Shown here: positions 37,212 through 50,872 of the stretch, in pieces
Position numbering within the stretch: the stretch's first letter is position 1
Layout of the letters: each line of letters starts with the position of its first letter
Assembly: GCF_006345805.1 (NCBI RefSeq)
Contig: NC_043015.1
Location: 52,266,001-52,330,000, forward strand
Reading direction: 5' to 3'
DNA length: 64,000 nucleotides
From: Octopus sinensis
Taxonomy: Eukaryota
Made by a program: the position numbers and the translations under genes
Notes under the pieces: generated by a model
Database searches by the model: none
What the model saw: the letters and a program-made list of their open reading frames with translations, nothing else
Told to the model about the DNA's origin: nothing

Positions 37212-38863
37212 GCTTTTGTCGACCCGACAAAGCATAACAAACCCCCAGCTCCGAGGGCGAGCTCCATCAGACGTTCCAGGAACTGGAGGTCCCCTTGGGT
37301 GGTTTCTCCTCCGGGGGGTCTCACCTCCCACGGCCACCACTTCAGCACCAGCCACAGGTTGGCACCTTCCCTCTGCGGCTTGGGTAACACCTCCGCCAAC
37401 GCCGCCAGGCTTCTTACTAGCCGCCCACAATAGGCGCACCGTCCGAGGAAGTTCCTCAAATCCCTTACACAGGAAGGGTCCGGCCAATCCTTCACAATGG
37501 CCACCTTCCTCAGGGCTCTATAGCCCACGTAGCACCTTGCTGTACCATCCCCATTCCGCGCAATTATCGCTGACGACCACGGACCATTCTGTCCTTTCAC
37601 TGCTCCCTGTCGCCGATATCTCCCCTTGCGCTGCTGTACTGGGGCCTTCCTCCGGCCTCGCTGCTTCCTCAAGCGACAACCGCCCTGGTCGACGAAACGT
37701 TCTGCCAGGTCCGTGCGACCAGCATCCAACAACCCTCGCGACCAACGTCCTGCGCTTTTCACCAACACCCGAGTGCCAACCAAGCACCGGCGACTCCCTG
37801 CGGACCGCCTCCGCAACTGCACAGGTAGACCACCATCTCCGACTGCATCACGGTATTGGCAGAACTGGCCCTGCCGCTGGTCCACCGTCCGGCGCAGTTC
37901 CACGATTTGCCCTCTGCAAATCGCCTGCGCAGCCTTCAATAACTCGGCCGACCCAACCAGCGTTCCACCAGCTTCTGCTTCCACTAGGGTCCACCCGACC
38001 CTCAATCGAGCTTTCACTAGGCACTGCCTGTCGGGCTCCACCGGCCCCAAGCAACCATCAACCACAAAGCTCACCCAACGCTGAAGCAGTCCTCCTGGAC
38101 TCGGTGGACCCACCACCGTTCGCAGCCGTCTCGCCTCGTCAACGGGCCTGGTCCTTTTCCTCACCAGCTTCCGTACCGCAGGCCTCACAACACGCACGCT
38201 CGGCCGCCAGTCCATCCACGCCTGTGGCCTCTCCACAGTGGGAACCATACAGTCCCTCTGGGCCCCAAGAGACAGGGGTCCAGACACCAAAGGACTCGCA
38301 CACGGCACAACACCTGCCGCGACCATCACACACAGAGCCGGAACCTCGGACTCAGCGACATTCGCCCCAGACCTCGCCAGCTCTTCGTCCTGAGCTCCGA
38401 GAGACAGGGGTCGAGATGCCAAGGGCTCCAGACACGGAACAACAGCATCAGCCATAACACCTTCCACAGGCCTTTTGGTTACTTCAACCTCTACGGGTTC
38501 CAAATCACAAGATTTCTTGGGTACAGCGTCACAAATTTCGGCAACCAGCCCAGGTTCCGCAAACACAGCCGGTCCACCATCACAGATTTCGGCAACACTT
38601 CCTTCACTATCTGTTTCCCTCGATGCTTCGTTCGACGGGCAATCTCTGCCCACAGGACCGTCGCTATCCTCGGTCCAACACCGATCCTTCAAAGCTGACC
38701 CATCCGCAACCTCAAGCTCCCGCTGATCTGCCCACAGGCCCTGTTGCCTCCTGTCCATCCTTTCCATGAACGCATCCGTCTGCGCCATCTGGCCCCTTAA
38801 CATCTCCACAATCAGGGCAAGCGAAATCCCCTCGTCTCCGGTCTGACAGCCAGACAAATCCAT
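37208..38863 (-). CDS. 551-aa ORF of the LTR element: novel N-terminal half fused to decayed, internally deleted Gypsy pol remnants
   Basis: First ATG at 38863 (the track's start at 38893 is TTG); the stop lies in the PPT. It contains SRGLLDAGRTDL (pre-RT), GPWSSAII..NGDGTARCYVGYRAL (RT N-terminus) joined to VKDWPDPSCVRDLRNFLG.CAYC.R (thumb). Translation is unproven. Confidence 0.6.
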   Translation of the reverse strand: MDLSGCQTGDEGISLALIVEMLRGQMAQTDAFMERMDRRQQGLWADQRELEVADGSALKDRCWTEDSDGPVGRDCPSNEASRETDSEGSVAEICDGGPAVFAEPGLVAEICDAVPKKSCDLEPVEVEVTKRPVEGVMADAVVPCLEPLASRPLSLGAQDEELARSGANVAESEVPALCVMVAAGVVPCASPLVSGPLSLGAQRDCMVPTVERPQAWMDWRPSVRVVRPAVRKLVRKRTRPVDEARRLRTVVGPPSPGGLLQRWVSFVVDGCLGPVEPDRQCLVKARLRVGWTLVEAEAGGTLVGSAELLKAAQAICRGQIVELRRTVDQRQGQFCQYRDAVGDGGLPVQLRRRSAGSRRCLVGTRVLVKSAGRWSRGLLDAGRTDLAERFVDQGGCRLRKQRGRRKAPVQQRKGRYRRQGAVKGQNGPWSSAIIARNGDGTARCYVGYRALRKVAIVKDWPDPSCVRDLRNFLGRCAYCGRLVRSLAALAEVLPKPQREGANLWLVLKWWPWEVRPPGGETTQGDLQFLERLMELALGAGGLLCFVGSTKA

Positions 38864-38900
38864 AGCGAAAAAGAACCGATCGAAACGCAGCAATCAGGAC

Positions 38901-38919
38901 AATCCCACTTCTGACACCA
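38901..38919 (-). promoter_or_regulatory. Primer-binding site complementary to the tRNA-Leu(CAA) 3' end
   Basis: Minus strand TGGTGTCAGAAGTGGGATT starts 2 nt inside the 5' LTR boundary; tRNA-Leu(CAA) ends ...AAUCCCACUUCUGACACCA. Confidence 0.9.
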
Positions 38920-38921
38920 GT

Positions 38922-40188
38922 TGTTACGAAACGGACTGGAATCGCCCGTCGTCGCTCGTCCCGAACGGCTCACACAAGTTCCGCCACGGAACCCAAAGAG
39001 GCGGAGAGAGGAGATACAGATGGATACTGCCACAACCCCAACAGCACAGAGATACAGAGGCACAACCCGAGATACAACCCAAAGACGTAAGGCAACAACT
39101 GGCAACACTGGCTTATATTCAAACAACAGTTTATACGACAATTACATTGCTACACATCAAATACATTTAAGGCAGACTTTTAAAGGAAGACATGCACGTG
39201 ACTACTCAATACATCATACAACAGATCAAAGCATAATACAACAGCAATTCATGTAACAATATATCAGTCCAGAGACGCAACAAGTCATATACAGTATTTC
39301 AAAGGTACACGTCCGAAGACACAGTTCTCTAAAGTCTCTTTTTCTAAACATCACAAATAACGTCACATCAACAAGTCCTTTACTCTTCAATTCACAATGT
39401 CCTTTATCGACTATATCGACAGAGTCCTTGTTTTTAAACACCACTGTTCTTTACACCGTGACACATATCAATGCACAAAACACATACCTCAATTCCTATT
39501 TTGAATCTGCCAGTGTCCCATTCCTCTCAATCCTGCTAATTCCTCTGAATACTGCCAATTCCCCTGCATACTGCTAATTCCTTCTGTACATATCCCAATC
39601 AGTGCCGCCAAGCCTCCGCATCCCAGCTTGCTCCCAAGAATTCCAACGCTTCCAAGATTCCATCTGCTCGCTCTGACTTCCAGAATCCCACTGTCTTCTT
39701 CGAGGACCGGCCAACGACTGCAAGATCCGTCTGTGTTCTTCGACGACCGCTCAACGACTGCCCAGAACCTCACTTCCCTGTCCTGACTTCCACTCCCTCA
39801 TCTCCCTCTGTTCTACCACCTATAGTCTTTCTATTTGCTATCTGATTCCTTACTCTATCTATATCGCCTACTGTCCCTTAGCCTCTCTATCTGTCCCTTA
39901 GTCTTATACTCTATCTCTCTCATGACAGCTCTACCAACCTCTCTGCCTGTCCTTCTCTCCTACTGTCAATACCCTCTCCATCTGCTCTTAGATTCCCTTA
40001 ATCTGTCCTCCTCTTCACTTCTTCAAGGGGTGCCCAGAGCGACCCCTAATTCACCCGCACAAGGTCACAGGTCATTCCAAAACCCATTAGTCCTCCATTA
40101 AACAAAAGACTGTCACTTTTCTACTAGACATGCCGGAACCATAATTCCAATGTGGGTCACCGGGAAATGCACCAGCTAAACCGTAACA
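38922..40188 (-). repeat. 5' LTR (1267 bp)
   Basis: tgttacg at 38922 and cgtaaca ending at 40188; adjacent to the PBS. Confidence 0.93.
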
Positions 40189-40299
40189 ATATATATATAT
40201 GAGTTGAATGATGTTACAACATGGCTTCGTTATCACGTTTTTTATTATTGCATCTTAAAGAAGGTTTTTACAATGTTGAAGTATACATAATTACACAAA

Positions 40300-40306
40300 T
40301 TCGGAT

Positions 40307-40379
<73 letters not shown>

Positions 40380-40429
40380 CAGAAAGGAACAGAGGGAGAC
40401 GGAGTGAAAGACAAACAGACAGATTGATT

Positions 40430-40479
<50 letters not shown>

Positions 40480-41124
40480 TAGGTACGTATGTTAACCCCT
40501 GTATACACACAGCCATTATAAGTATATAAATGATGTATATCAACGACTCGTGCCACTCTGTCTGCTTTATATTCTTGTTTAATTTATCTGTTAAACTAAA
40601 TTGGAATTCCTTCAGTACGCACATATCACTTACCCCAACGTATTCGCTTCTAATCCACCCCGTTCCCGTTCTACCTCCCTCCTAGACTCCACCCCACACC
40701 CGCTTATCTTTTACTTTTTTTCTCTCCTCTCGTTGATGTTTTTTGTTTATTCCTGTATCATATTATCACTTTTATTCATTATATATCACTACCTATTTCT
40801 CTTACCTCTCTTTTTCTCACCCTCTCCACGCCTGTTTCTCTTTCTCTTTCTCTTTCGCCACCCTCGTTTCTCTTTCGCTTTCCCTTCCACTTATTCAAAG
40901 GCATTCTGTGTCTCTCTGATTGTCTCCTCTCTCTCACCCCCTCTCCCTCTCCCTCTCTCTCGCTTTTTTGGGGGTTGTCTGTAAGCTTAATATTTTTTAC
41001 TTACACTCTGGCTCACGTACTTCCGTAAAACAAAGCCCCACCTCACACACAACACACACACACACACAAACACGCAACACTCAAACGCGTATATGATGGG
41101 GTATATATATATATATGTGTGTAT

Positions 41125-41166
<42 letters not shown>

Positions 41167-42326
41167 ATACATATATATATATACATACATATATACATAT
41201 ATATATATATACATATATATACATACATACCTACACACATACATACATATGTATGTATGTATATATAAACATATTTGTGTGTATAAAGCGTGTGTTTGTA
41301 TATATATATATATATATATGTATATATGTGTATGTGTATAGACTGTGTATTTGTATATAAATGTGCATATATAGGTATACATATATGCATATATATATAT
41401 ATGTATGCATGTATTTATATATGTATGTATGTATTTACGTATGTATGTACGTATATGTGTGTGTAAGTATGTATTATTGTTTGCGTATACATGTGTCTAT
41501 ATGTATAATATGTATAAACAGAAATCATGGCCACCATATTATTTCCAACGGAAAAAAAATAAACGTAGTTTTTTTTTGTCTTTCTAATTTCATTCCCTTG
41601 TTATTCTCCATATTATTTATTCTATTTTCATTATTACTATTACCATCATTATTATTATAATCATCATCCTCATCATCATAATCATCATCGTCGTCATCAT
41701 TATCTTTATCCACATGATTATTATTATTGTTATTGTTATCGTTCTTGTTTTATTTCCTATCTATCGTCTCTGTAAATATAAATCGTTTGATACACCTTTT
41801 TAGGTCAAAATGAATCAGAAATGTCTTTCACGTGTCCTTAATTCATTTTTTATTCATGCGTTCCTGCTTTTGTTTCAATTAAAATTGCATTTGGCCAGGA
41901 CATGTCCCTGACATAGGCAAAACAGCCGATATTTAATTATTCATCGCTGGTTCGCAACTCAAAGCTATTCTATTTATTACCTGAATCATTTGCTTAATAT
42001 TGTCTCTGGTTTTTATTTATTTATTTATCTGTTCTTTTTATACATTCATTTATTTATTTATTCACATGTTTCTTTACTTATTTTTGACTGTCATACGATA
42101 GTGGACCGACGTGAGAGCGAAAGTGTTTGATGTTCATGTGAAAATAACGGGAAGAGGACTACATACATACATACATACATACATACATAATACATACATA
42201 CATAATACATACACACACACACACATATATATATATGTGTGTATGCATAAAATGTGTATTAGTATATATATATATATTGACATAATATATATCTATATAT
42301 GTGTGTGTGTATAGAGTGTGTATTTG

Positions 42327-42362
<36 letters not shown>

Positions 42363-42437
42363 GGCATACTGTGCGTGCGTGTGTGCATGTGTGTGCCTGT
42401 GTGTGAATAGACATACAGATACATAGATATACATATG

Positions 42438-42482
<45 letters not shown>

Positions 42483-42570
42483 GGCATGAATATGTAGGAA
42501 TATACAATATATATATACATCCACATATATATTTATATATATATATATTATATATATATATACACATACA

Positions 42571-42601
<31 letters not shown>

Positions 42602-42620
42602 GCATACATGTGCGTGTGTA
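40300..42620. repeat. Microsatellite field (GATA, GA, TA, CATA, CA)
   Basis: Directly visible. Confidence 0.85.
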
Positions 42621-42809
42621 GCTGGGAGGAGAGAAAATGACAAAGGGAAGGGACGAGGGGTAAGAGCAGGTGAGTAGGAGTGAGGTATCTCAATAGTCGT
42701 GGTGTTTGCAGTGAGTTGTGACAAGCTGATGATTGCTATAGAGAAACATATAAATAATCAATGAATCGAACAGCTCCACCTTTCAATCACCAATACTTCC
42801 TATCCCTCA

Positions 42810-43230
42810 AGGCGGTGAGATGACAGAATCGTTGGCATGCCGGACAAAATGCTTGGAAGTATTTCGTCCGTCTTTATGTTCTGAGTTCAAATTTCACCGA
42901 AATCGTCCTTGCTTTTCACCCTTACGGAATCGATGAAACAAGTACCAGTCGACTTATTCATGCTATCGACTTATCTATTCCTTCCTAATTGCTGGCCTTG
43001 TGACATAATATGAAATCAGTATTCAAAGCGGTGACCTGGTAGAGTCATTATTACGCTACATAAAAATGCTAAGCGGCATTTCGTTCGTCTGAGTTCAAAT
43101 TCTGCCGATGTATACTTTGATTTTTATTCTTTCGGCGTCGATAAAGTAAGTACCTGTCGAATACTAGGGTCGCTGTAATCGATTTATCAATTCCCTCGAA
43201 ATTACTGTTCTTGTACCAAAATTTGAAATT
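42810..43230 (+). mobile_element. Two degenerate family A SINEs in tandem
   Basis: aggcggtgagatgacagaatcg...gagttcaaatttcacc and aagcggtgacctggtagag...gagttcaaattctgcc, each with a type 1 tail. Confidence 0.75.
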
Positions 43231-43549
43231 AGCATTCAATGTTACAACAGGTACATTTTACGCAATGTAATTCATAGTAACAAAAACAAATGGATATTGG
43301 ACAACATCACTGCAGCATTTCAATAGTGTGGTTTATTTCAAATACGACTGCATTATATAAAGTATTTCATGACTTTACGTAATTTCATATATTTTAACAA
43401 CCATTCCATTTCTTCAGGGGATACTCTTCCAAAATATTTGACATAATATCACTCCGCGAAAATGAAATGTTTATGTAGCTACAAATTTGCATAATGTCAG
43501 CTAATATGTTAATGGACTCATATTTGGAATAAAGTATTTATTCCAAATT

Positions 43550-43585
<36 letters not shown>

Positions 43586-44099
43586 GTGTGTGTGTGTGTG
43601 TGTGTCAATAGAGAGAGACAGACAATTAGATGTGACAAAATAGTTTAAAGAGTATATATTTAAACTGTAATGCCTCTGTTAAGGTTAGTAGCTCATAGAT
43701 ACAGATGTACGTAATCCCCGTTTGAAAGTTTGATATTTTGGCTTCGATTTGTTGTAGAAATATAAGTATCCAAAAGGAATTTCACATGCTTTTCTATTTA
43801 TGTTCTTGTGTATGATAATATTAAACATGGCTGGTTATACTCGAGATTGCTCCAGTCTGGTCAGCCCCAAGGAAAAATAAGCTAAGAGCATCACATTCCT
43901 TGGAAGGAAGCAGTGAATGTATACGAAAACAAGGACGAAGAAAAAAACAGAAATGTTACACAAATACAAATAACAGGACATAACAACAGGTCTCTTTCGA
44001 CTAAGAACGAATTAAATTAAGCTGGCGTGTGTGGAAGTGCAGCCTTAGAGCAGGGACGTGTGTGTATTTGTATAGAAATATATATATGCCAAAATCTCT

Positions 44100-45340
<1,241 letters not shown>

Positions 45341-45770
45341 GTTTAACGTACAGCGATGCGATACAGCTCGTGAAAGGGAACAAAACTACAGCTGTGTCTA
45401 CGACTAATGCAACAATCACAAATAAGACCCCTTTAGCATGCAAATGTCCCTTTTAATACCTCCTTTCAGATCCCTTCAAATCACAACCGGATCGTAAATT
45501 CAGAATTAAGTTATAAAATAGAGTAAGACAAAAACGAAAGTAAAAAAAATGGAATAAGAATTAAAAACCCTAGGACCGAACGTATGGCTTACAAGATTTT
45601 CTTGGTTGGCGTTCGTTTCACTTTAATCTCGATGACGTCTCTATTGTAACGGTAACGGCAAAAACATGTAAATTGGACATTGCCAAACACCCAACAAAAA
45701 TAAGCAACAGCTAAAACAAAATGCTCAACAACAACAATAACAATAACAATGATAATAATAATAATAACGA

Positions 45771-45811
<41 letters not shown>

Positions 45812-45875
45812 CATACATATGATTATGATGCTAATAATAGTGATACTACTAATCCTACTACAACTGCTGCTGCTG

Positions 45876-45911
<36 letters not shown>

Positions 45912-45950
45912 GCACTACGACTACTACTACTACTACTATTACTACTACTA

Positions 45951-45995
<45 letters not shown>

Positions 45996-46477
45996 TGCCC
46001 TGATGCAGTACCAGGCAGTGGCTATCATGGCATCTGATCTTAACTGATTGGAAGTGTTATCATGTACATTGTTTTGTCTTGGTATAAAAGATGGGCTACA
46101 GCAAATATTCTGCTCAATACCACAGATTTGCTTGTCAGTTGTTTGACCTTAACCAGTTGAGCATGTCCCTTAGTGGCTGACGATATGTGCATCTCTGATC
46201 ACGAGCAGAAGTAGTGGGGGAGCATCATAGCCATGTGTTGAGAAGGATTCTTTGGGGTTTGAATAAGTTACCACTGGAAACATGGGTGTTTTGTTCAACG
46301 TCCTTAAATAACCCTTATTCAGGGACCTTTTGAGCGGGATGGGTTACTCGATCTGAAGAAAATTCTAACTGGGCTCCACCTGCAAGGTCATGTGCTGTTT
46401 ATCTTGATATGAGATCACCATGTCGCGCACATATGGTTGTGATGCATGTGTCTGGTGTACCCTTATCTCGCTCACTC
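45996..46477 (+). mobile_element. Unclassified ~500-bp TAA-flanked repeat, copy 3 (longest 5' end)
   Basis: Starts ccctgatgcagtacc after (AAT)n, matches copy 1, has a deletion near the 3' end but keeps the ctcactc+(aat)n terminus. Confidence 0.8.
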
Positions 46478-46501
46478 AATAATAATAATAATAATAATAA
46501 T

Positions 46502-47143
46502 ACAAACGAATACAAAAATCGCCACGATAGGGTAGGACAGTATATACATTGGAAGATATGTAAACACTACAAATCCGACACTCCTGCTAACTGGTATGAA
46601 CACCATCCTCAGCCAGTTGTTGAAGGTAAAGATGTCACCATCCTCTGGGATTTTCTAGTCAACACTGACAGAACGATCAAGACTAATCGACCAGACATAA
46701 TTGTTAAAGACAGGGAAGAAAATACCTGCAGACTAATAGAAGTAAGCGTCCCCACTGATAAAAATGTATCTGTCAAGGAATTTGACAAACTTAGTAAATA
46801 TAAGGACCTGGAAATCGAAATACAGAGGATGTGGAATCTTAAAACAAAAACTGTTCCTGTTATTGTAGGTGCCCTAGGTATGATAAAAAAGGGATGTCAG
46901 AAACACCTAGACTGGAAAACCATATCTCAAGGAAATCCAAAAGATTGTGCTAACAAGTACTGCCCACATCCTTAGAAAAACCCTATCAATGTAAATGTTT
47001 GTGTTTGCATTACATGGAGATATTTCTCTACTTCCCCTCCCCAAGCTTTCAGCTATATTTCAACAACTCTTAACCTTCACTTGCCCTAGGGCGCTGGTGT
47101 GTGCCGGCAGGTGATTGCATCAAACATGCAGATTAAAAGTAAA
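46502..47143 (+). mobile_element. 5'-truncated R4/Dong-like element (second subfamily) in (TAA)n
   Basis: EYKNRHDRVGQYIHWKIC...TNRPDIIV...LIEVSVP...KLSKYKDL...PVIVGALG, then 3' UTR; TAA/TGA repeats on both sides. Confidence 0.88.
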
Positions 47144-47559
47144 TGACAATGATAATGATAATAATAATAATAATAATGATGATAATAATAATGTTTTTAT
47201 TTTGTTCACATTGACATTATCCAAAATAATAATGAAGAAATCGACAGGGACGAAGTTGATAATGATGGCGATAATCATCATCAGCTTCATCATCATCATC
47301 CTTATGATGATGATGGTAGTGTTACCGGTGGTGGGGTTGGTGGTGGTGGTGGTGGTGGTGGTGGTGGTGGTGGTAGTGGTGGTGGTGGTGGTGGTGGTGG
47401 TGGTGGTGGTGGTGGTGGTGGTGATTATGTCGATGATGAGAATAATGATGAGGATAAGAGATGATGAGAGCGATGACGCCGATGGCGATAAAAGTAACAA
47501 CGACGATAGTGACCGGAACGACGATGACAGAGCGACGGCGATAACGACGGTGATGAAGT

Positions 47560-47705
47560 GACCGTCCCCAGAACTCAGCTGGTACTTATAAAACATAAGG
47601 GGCAAAATCGATCTGCCCAGAATTCGAACTTAGAACGTTTAGTGTCGGAAGGAACACCGGTAATTATTTTGTCACTTTGTTAGGCTTAGTGGTAGAAGTG
47701 ATTCT
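47560..47705 (-). mobile_element. Degenerate family A SINE
   Basis: ccccagaactcagctggtactta...aatcgatctgcccagaattcgaacttagaac. Confidence 0.55.
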
Positions 47706-47819
47706 GTCAGTTGTTGAGTATTCCGCATTAAGGTGTGAGTGACCACATAAGTGCGCAAGTGTATGTGCGTGTTTGTATTTATGTACATACAGGTCCTCCC
47801 TCGCTTACGACGAGGAGGT

Positions 47820-48115
47820 TTCCAGTTGATCTGATCAACAGAACAGCCTGCTCGTGAAATTAGCTTGCAAGTAGCTGAGTATTCCACAGCCACGTGTACC
47901 ATAAACGTAGTTCTGGTAGGAGATTCAGCGTGACACAGAATGTGACAAGGCTGGCTCCTTTGTATTATAGGTACTACTCATGTCTGCCAAATGAGTGGCC
48001 TGGAGCAGCATAAAAAGAATTGTCTTGCTCAAGGACAAAACACGCCGGCGGGAATCGAACTTATGACCTCACGATCGTGGGCCGAACACCCTAAACACTA
48101 AGCCACGCAACTTCA
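47820..48115 (-). mobile_element. Family C SINE
   Basis: Reverse head ggaatcgaac...acgatcgtgggccgaacaccctaaacactaagccacgc and body aacagcctgctcgtgaaatta...tgtgacaaggctgg. Confidence 0.8.
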
Positions 48116-48674
48116 CCGAATAAATATAACTAAGAAGCTTTACGCTTTCTGAATATATTGTATCTTTATTTTATTTTCTTTAATTAGCAAATATTTCAGG
48201 TAATTAAAATTCGGTGTGAGTTTGATGTCTCATTTTAGTCGACTAAAATCTCTGGCACGAGGTGTGTTTCTACCACATTTTGACGCTCTGTGCCACAGTT
48301 TTCATCAATAACGTTGATGATGATGATAATGATGAGGATGATGAGGATGATGATGATGATGATGATGAAGATGATGATTTAATCATATCTAATGAAACTA
48401 GACGTAAAATTATGGAACGTAAATTAATCTTATTACACATTTTTCCCAACCATCTTCAGCTGAATGACGTCATCAGAATTCTGAATCTTTCAGATATCTT
48501 TTTCTCAATTTCAGGCCTCCAGGATGAATAAGATAAAAAAAATGAAAATTCTTTCTTTCTGGAGCCAAGATTACTTTCTACGATAGTAGATAAAAGGGTT
48601 TATTGTTCTTCTCTAAGAATAACAATCTATCATTCTACAAGATGCGTAAGACCTAAGGATAATGGTTTTATTAG

Positions 48675-48743
<69 letters not shown>

Positions 48744-48950
48744 TCAGAGATTATCAAAATACATGCTCAGTAGTATTTGTTCAATGATATAAACAGTAAA
48801 TTTTTAGAATTTTAGAATACACGTTGAATGGGAATTTTTCATTGGCACCTTTCCTTTAATCTTTGGAGATTGAAAACACACCAGATCTTTGGTTTTGTTG
48901 TAGTTTGCAGTATTCATAACTTGTGCTCAATTGATGCACATACAGTTCTA

Positions 48951-49129
48951 TAATTAAGAGATGAGGAATTATGTACATGATTTGCATTATGTACTTTAGT
49001 TAAATTCGACGGATATTTTGTCTTCATCTTGTTTGTTGTTAACACAACGTTTCGGCTGATATACCCGCCAGCCTTTTTCAGGTGTCTTGGGAATGAGAAC
49101 CCAGGTTCGAAATTTCCTCAAGACACCTG
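48951..49129 (-). mobile_element. Penelope-like terminal repeat, copy 3, with an inverted end segment
   Basis: Matches copies 1 and 2; 49091-49129 is the reverse complement of the normal continuation. Confidence 0.75.
49041..49086 (-). ncRNA. Minimal type I hammerhead ribozyme, degenerate (core CUGAAAA)
   Basis: Minus strand GACAC-CUGAAAA-AGGCUG(loop)CAGCC-GAAAC-GUU-GUGUU; stems intact, G8 changed to A. Confidence 0.65.
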
Positions 49130-49462
49130 TGCGTAACTTGTACTTAATTTATCGACCCCGAAAGGATGAAAGGTGAAGTCGACCTCGGCGGAATTTGAAC
49201 TCAGAACGTAAAGACAGACGAAATACCTATTTCTTTATTACCCACAAGGGGCTAAACATAGAGGGGACAAACAAGGACAGACATAGGTATTAAGTCGATT
49301 ACATCGATCCCCAGTGCGAAACTGGTACTTAATTTATCGACCCCGAAAGGATGAAAGGCAAAGTCGACCTCGGCGGAATTTGAACTCAGAACGTAAAGAC
49401 AGACGAAATACCGCTAAGCATTTCGCCCGGCGTGCTAACGTTTCTGCCAAATCGCCGCCTTA
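49130..49462 (-). mobile_element. Dimeric family A SINE (tail type 2)
   Basis: Two cores joined by the same gacgaaatac|ctatttctttattacccac junction as at ~25094. Confidence 0.85.
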
Positions 49463-50166
49463 GATTGATTGATTGCTTTAGTTCTTGACCCTAATACAGT
49501 CGTGTTTCACTAATGTGTAGGTGAGCCGAAGAGGTGCGTTTATGCGGTTAATCGACATTCTAAAAATAGCAGTCAAACTACTTTATATCACACACTGTAT
49601 TGTCTTCAAAAGAAAAAAGAAAAAAAGATGACATTTGATAATTCGGTCCAAGATATACCACGATGGCACCGATGAAATGCAATAAAGTATGACCTGAAGT
49701 TCAACATAAACAACAATTACATTTTATTGCTGCGTGAGTTGGGAGAATCTGTAGCGGCGAAGGAGAATTGAAATAGAAGGAGAAAGTTAAAGAATGCGAG
49801 TGAATGACATTTAGATAAAGACTGCGAACGATGGACAAACAGAATTTTTTTTTTAAATGGAAGACTTTCCTATACAGATTAATTGTTGCCTTCTATCTAT
49901 TAGGAAAAGGGAGAAAGCTTTCGCGCAGAACCCACACAAACGTCACAGCATTCGACATCTTAGAGGATTCCGAGTGCATATAACTACTCGTGTACATTGG
50001 ACTTGAGGGGCTCTAGAAATGAATTCTAATTCTTGAGTGTATAATCCTATTAACCTGCATTTTAACCCCAAGCAGTCTTTGCAACAACTATTAACTCTTA
50101 TGTATTTAAATACACAAAACAGATCCTGGCTTATGCTGGGTGGAGTAAAGTGTAATGAATTTCGCT

Positions 50167-50259
50167 CGATTTGTATATTCATGGATGAAAACCGAGGTTG
50201 TGAACATCAGGAAGTATTTACAAAGTGTTTATACCGACATGAGATATCACACAAAATCC
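50167..50259 (+). mobile_element. Gypsy integrase zinc-binding region relic
   Basis: RFVYSWMKTEVVNIRKYLQSVYTDMRYHTKS resembles RFVWPxMKxDVxxWxxxCxxCQxxKxxRHTKS. Confidence 0.4.
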
Positions 50260-50329
50260 TTTACGTATCGGAAATTGTTATAATCTAGTCCTGATAGCAT
50301 GTTAAAATAAGCGAAGTCGTGTAACCAAG

Positions 50330-50765
50330 TAACAGACTCTCGACTGAGAGGTCATGAGTTGTATCCTTAAGCAAGGCTCTTTATTTTAATGTTGCTCCAG
50401 GCTACTCAACAGGCAAAAATGAGCCATATCTATATATCCTTTTCTACTCTCAGCCCAAGGCCCGAAATTTTGGGGAAGGGGACCTGTCAATTACATCGAC
50501 TCCAGTACGCAACTGGTACTTAAATTATCGACCCCGAAAGGATGAAAGGCAAAGTCAACTTTGGCGGAATTTGAAATAAGAATGTAAAGACAGACGAAAT
50601 AGTAATATCTATATATCAAAGGATCAGCCTTGTCACATATTTTGGCACGCGGGTTCTCCCTGATACGCGTGCCTGTGGAGTGCTCAGCCACTTGCACGTT
50701 AATTTCCCGAGCAGGCTGCTCCGCTGATCAGAACTACTGGAACTCTTGTTGTCGTAACCCGTGAC
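50330..50765 (+). mobile_element. Family C SINE interrupted by a family A SINE (50439-50604, minus) with a 13-bp TSD
   Basis: TSD atatctatatatc at 50426-50438 and 50605-50617; the family C body resumes after it. Confidence 0.8.
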
Positions 50766-50872
50766 CGACTGACTAGTCGTTAAAATAAACTTGGACCATT
50801 AATCAACAATTATACAATAACTGTACGGCTAGAGATTAGTACGTAATAATTTCTGGTATATATTTGAATATA

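Larger units (their letters stand above)
36513..40188 (-). mobile_element. Young non-autonomous Ty3/Gypsy LTR retrotransposon inserted in (AT)n
   Basis: Two LTRs with TGTTAC...GTAACA ends, PBS, PPT, ATAT flanks on both sides (TSD masked by the microsatellite) and pol remnants without a YxDD core or integrase. Confidence 0.93.

Noticed and set aside
37216-38457. 413-aa plus-strand ORF inside the LTR element
   Set aside because: It is the antisense shadow of the GC-rich minus ORF, with no recognisable motifs.
43825-44060. Another probable dispersed repeat with gtcgaaag near a stem
   Set aside because: It is single copy in this window and has no CUGANGA core; I cannot classify it.
45455-45505. 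Possible 24-nt micro-exon (cctttcag|...|gtaaat)
   Set aside because: The donor is weak and there are no partner exons; untestable without RNA data.
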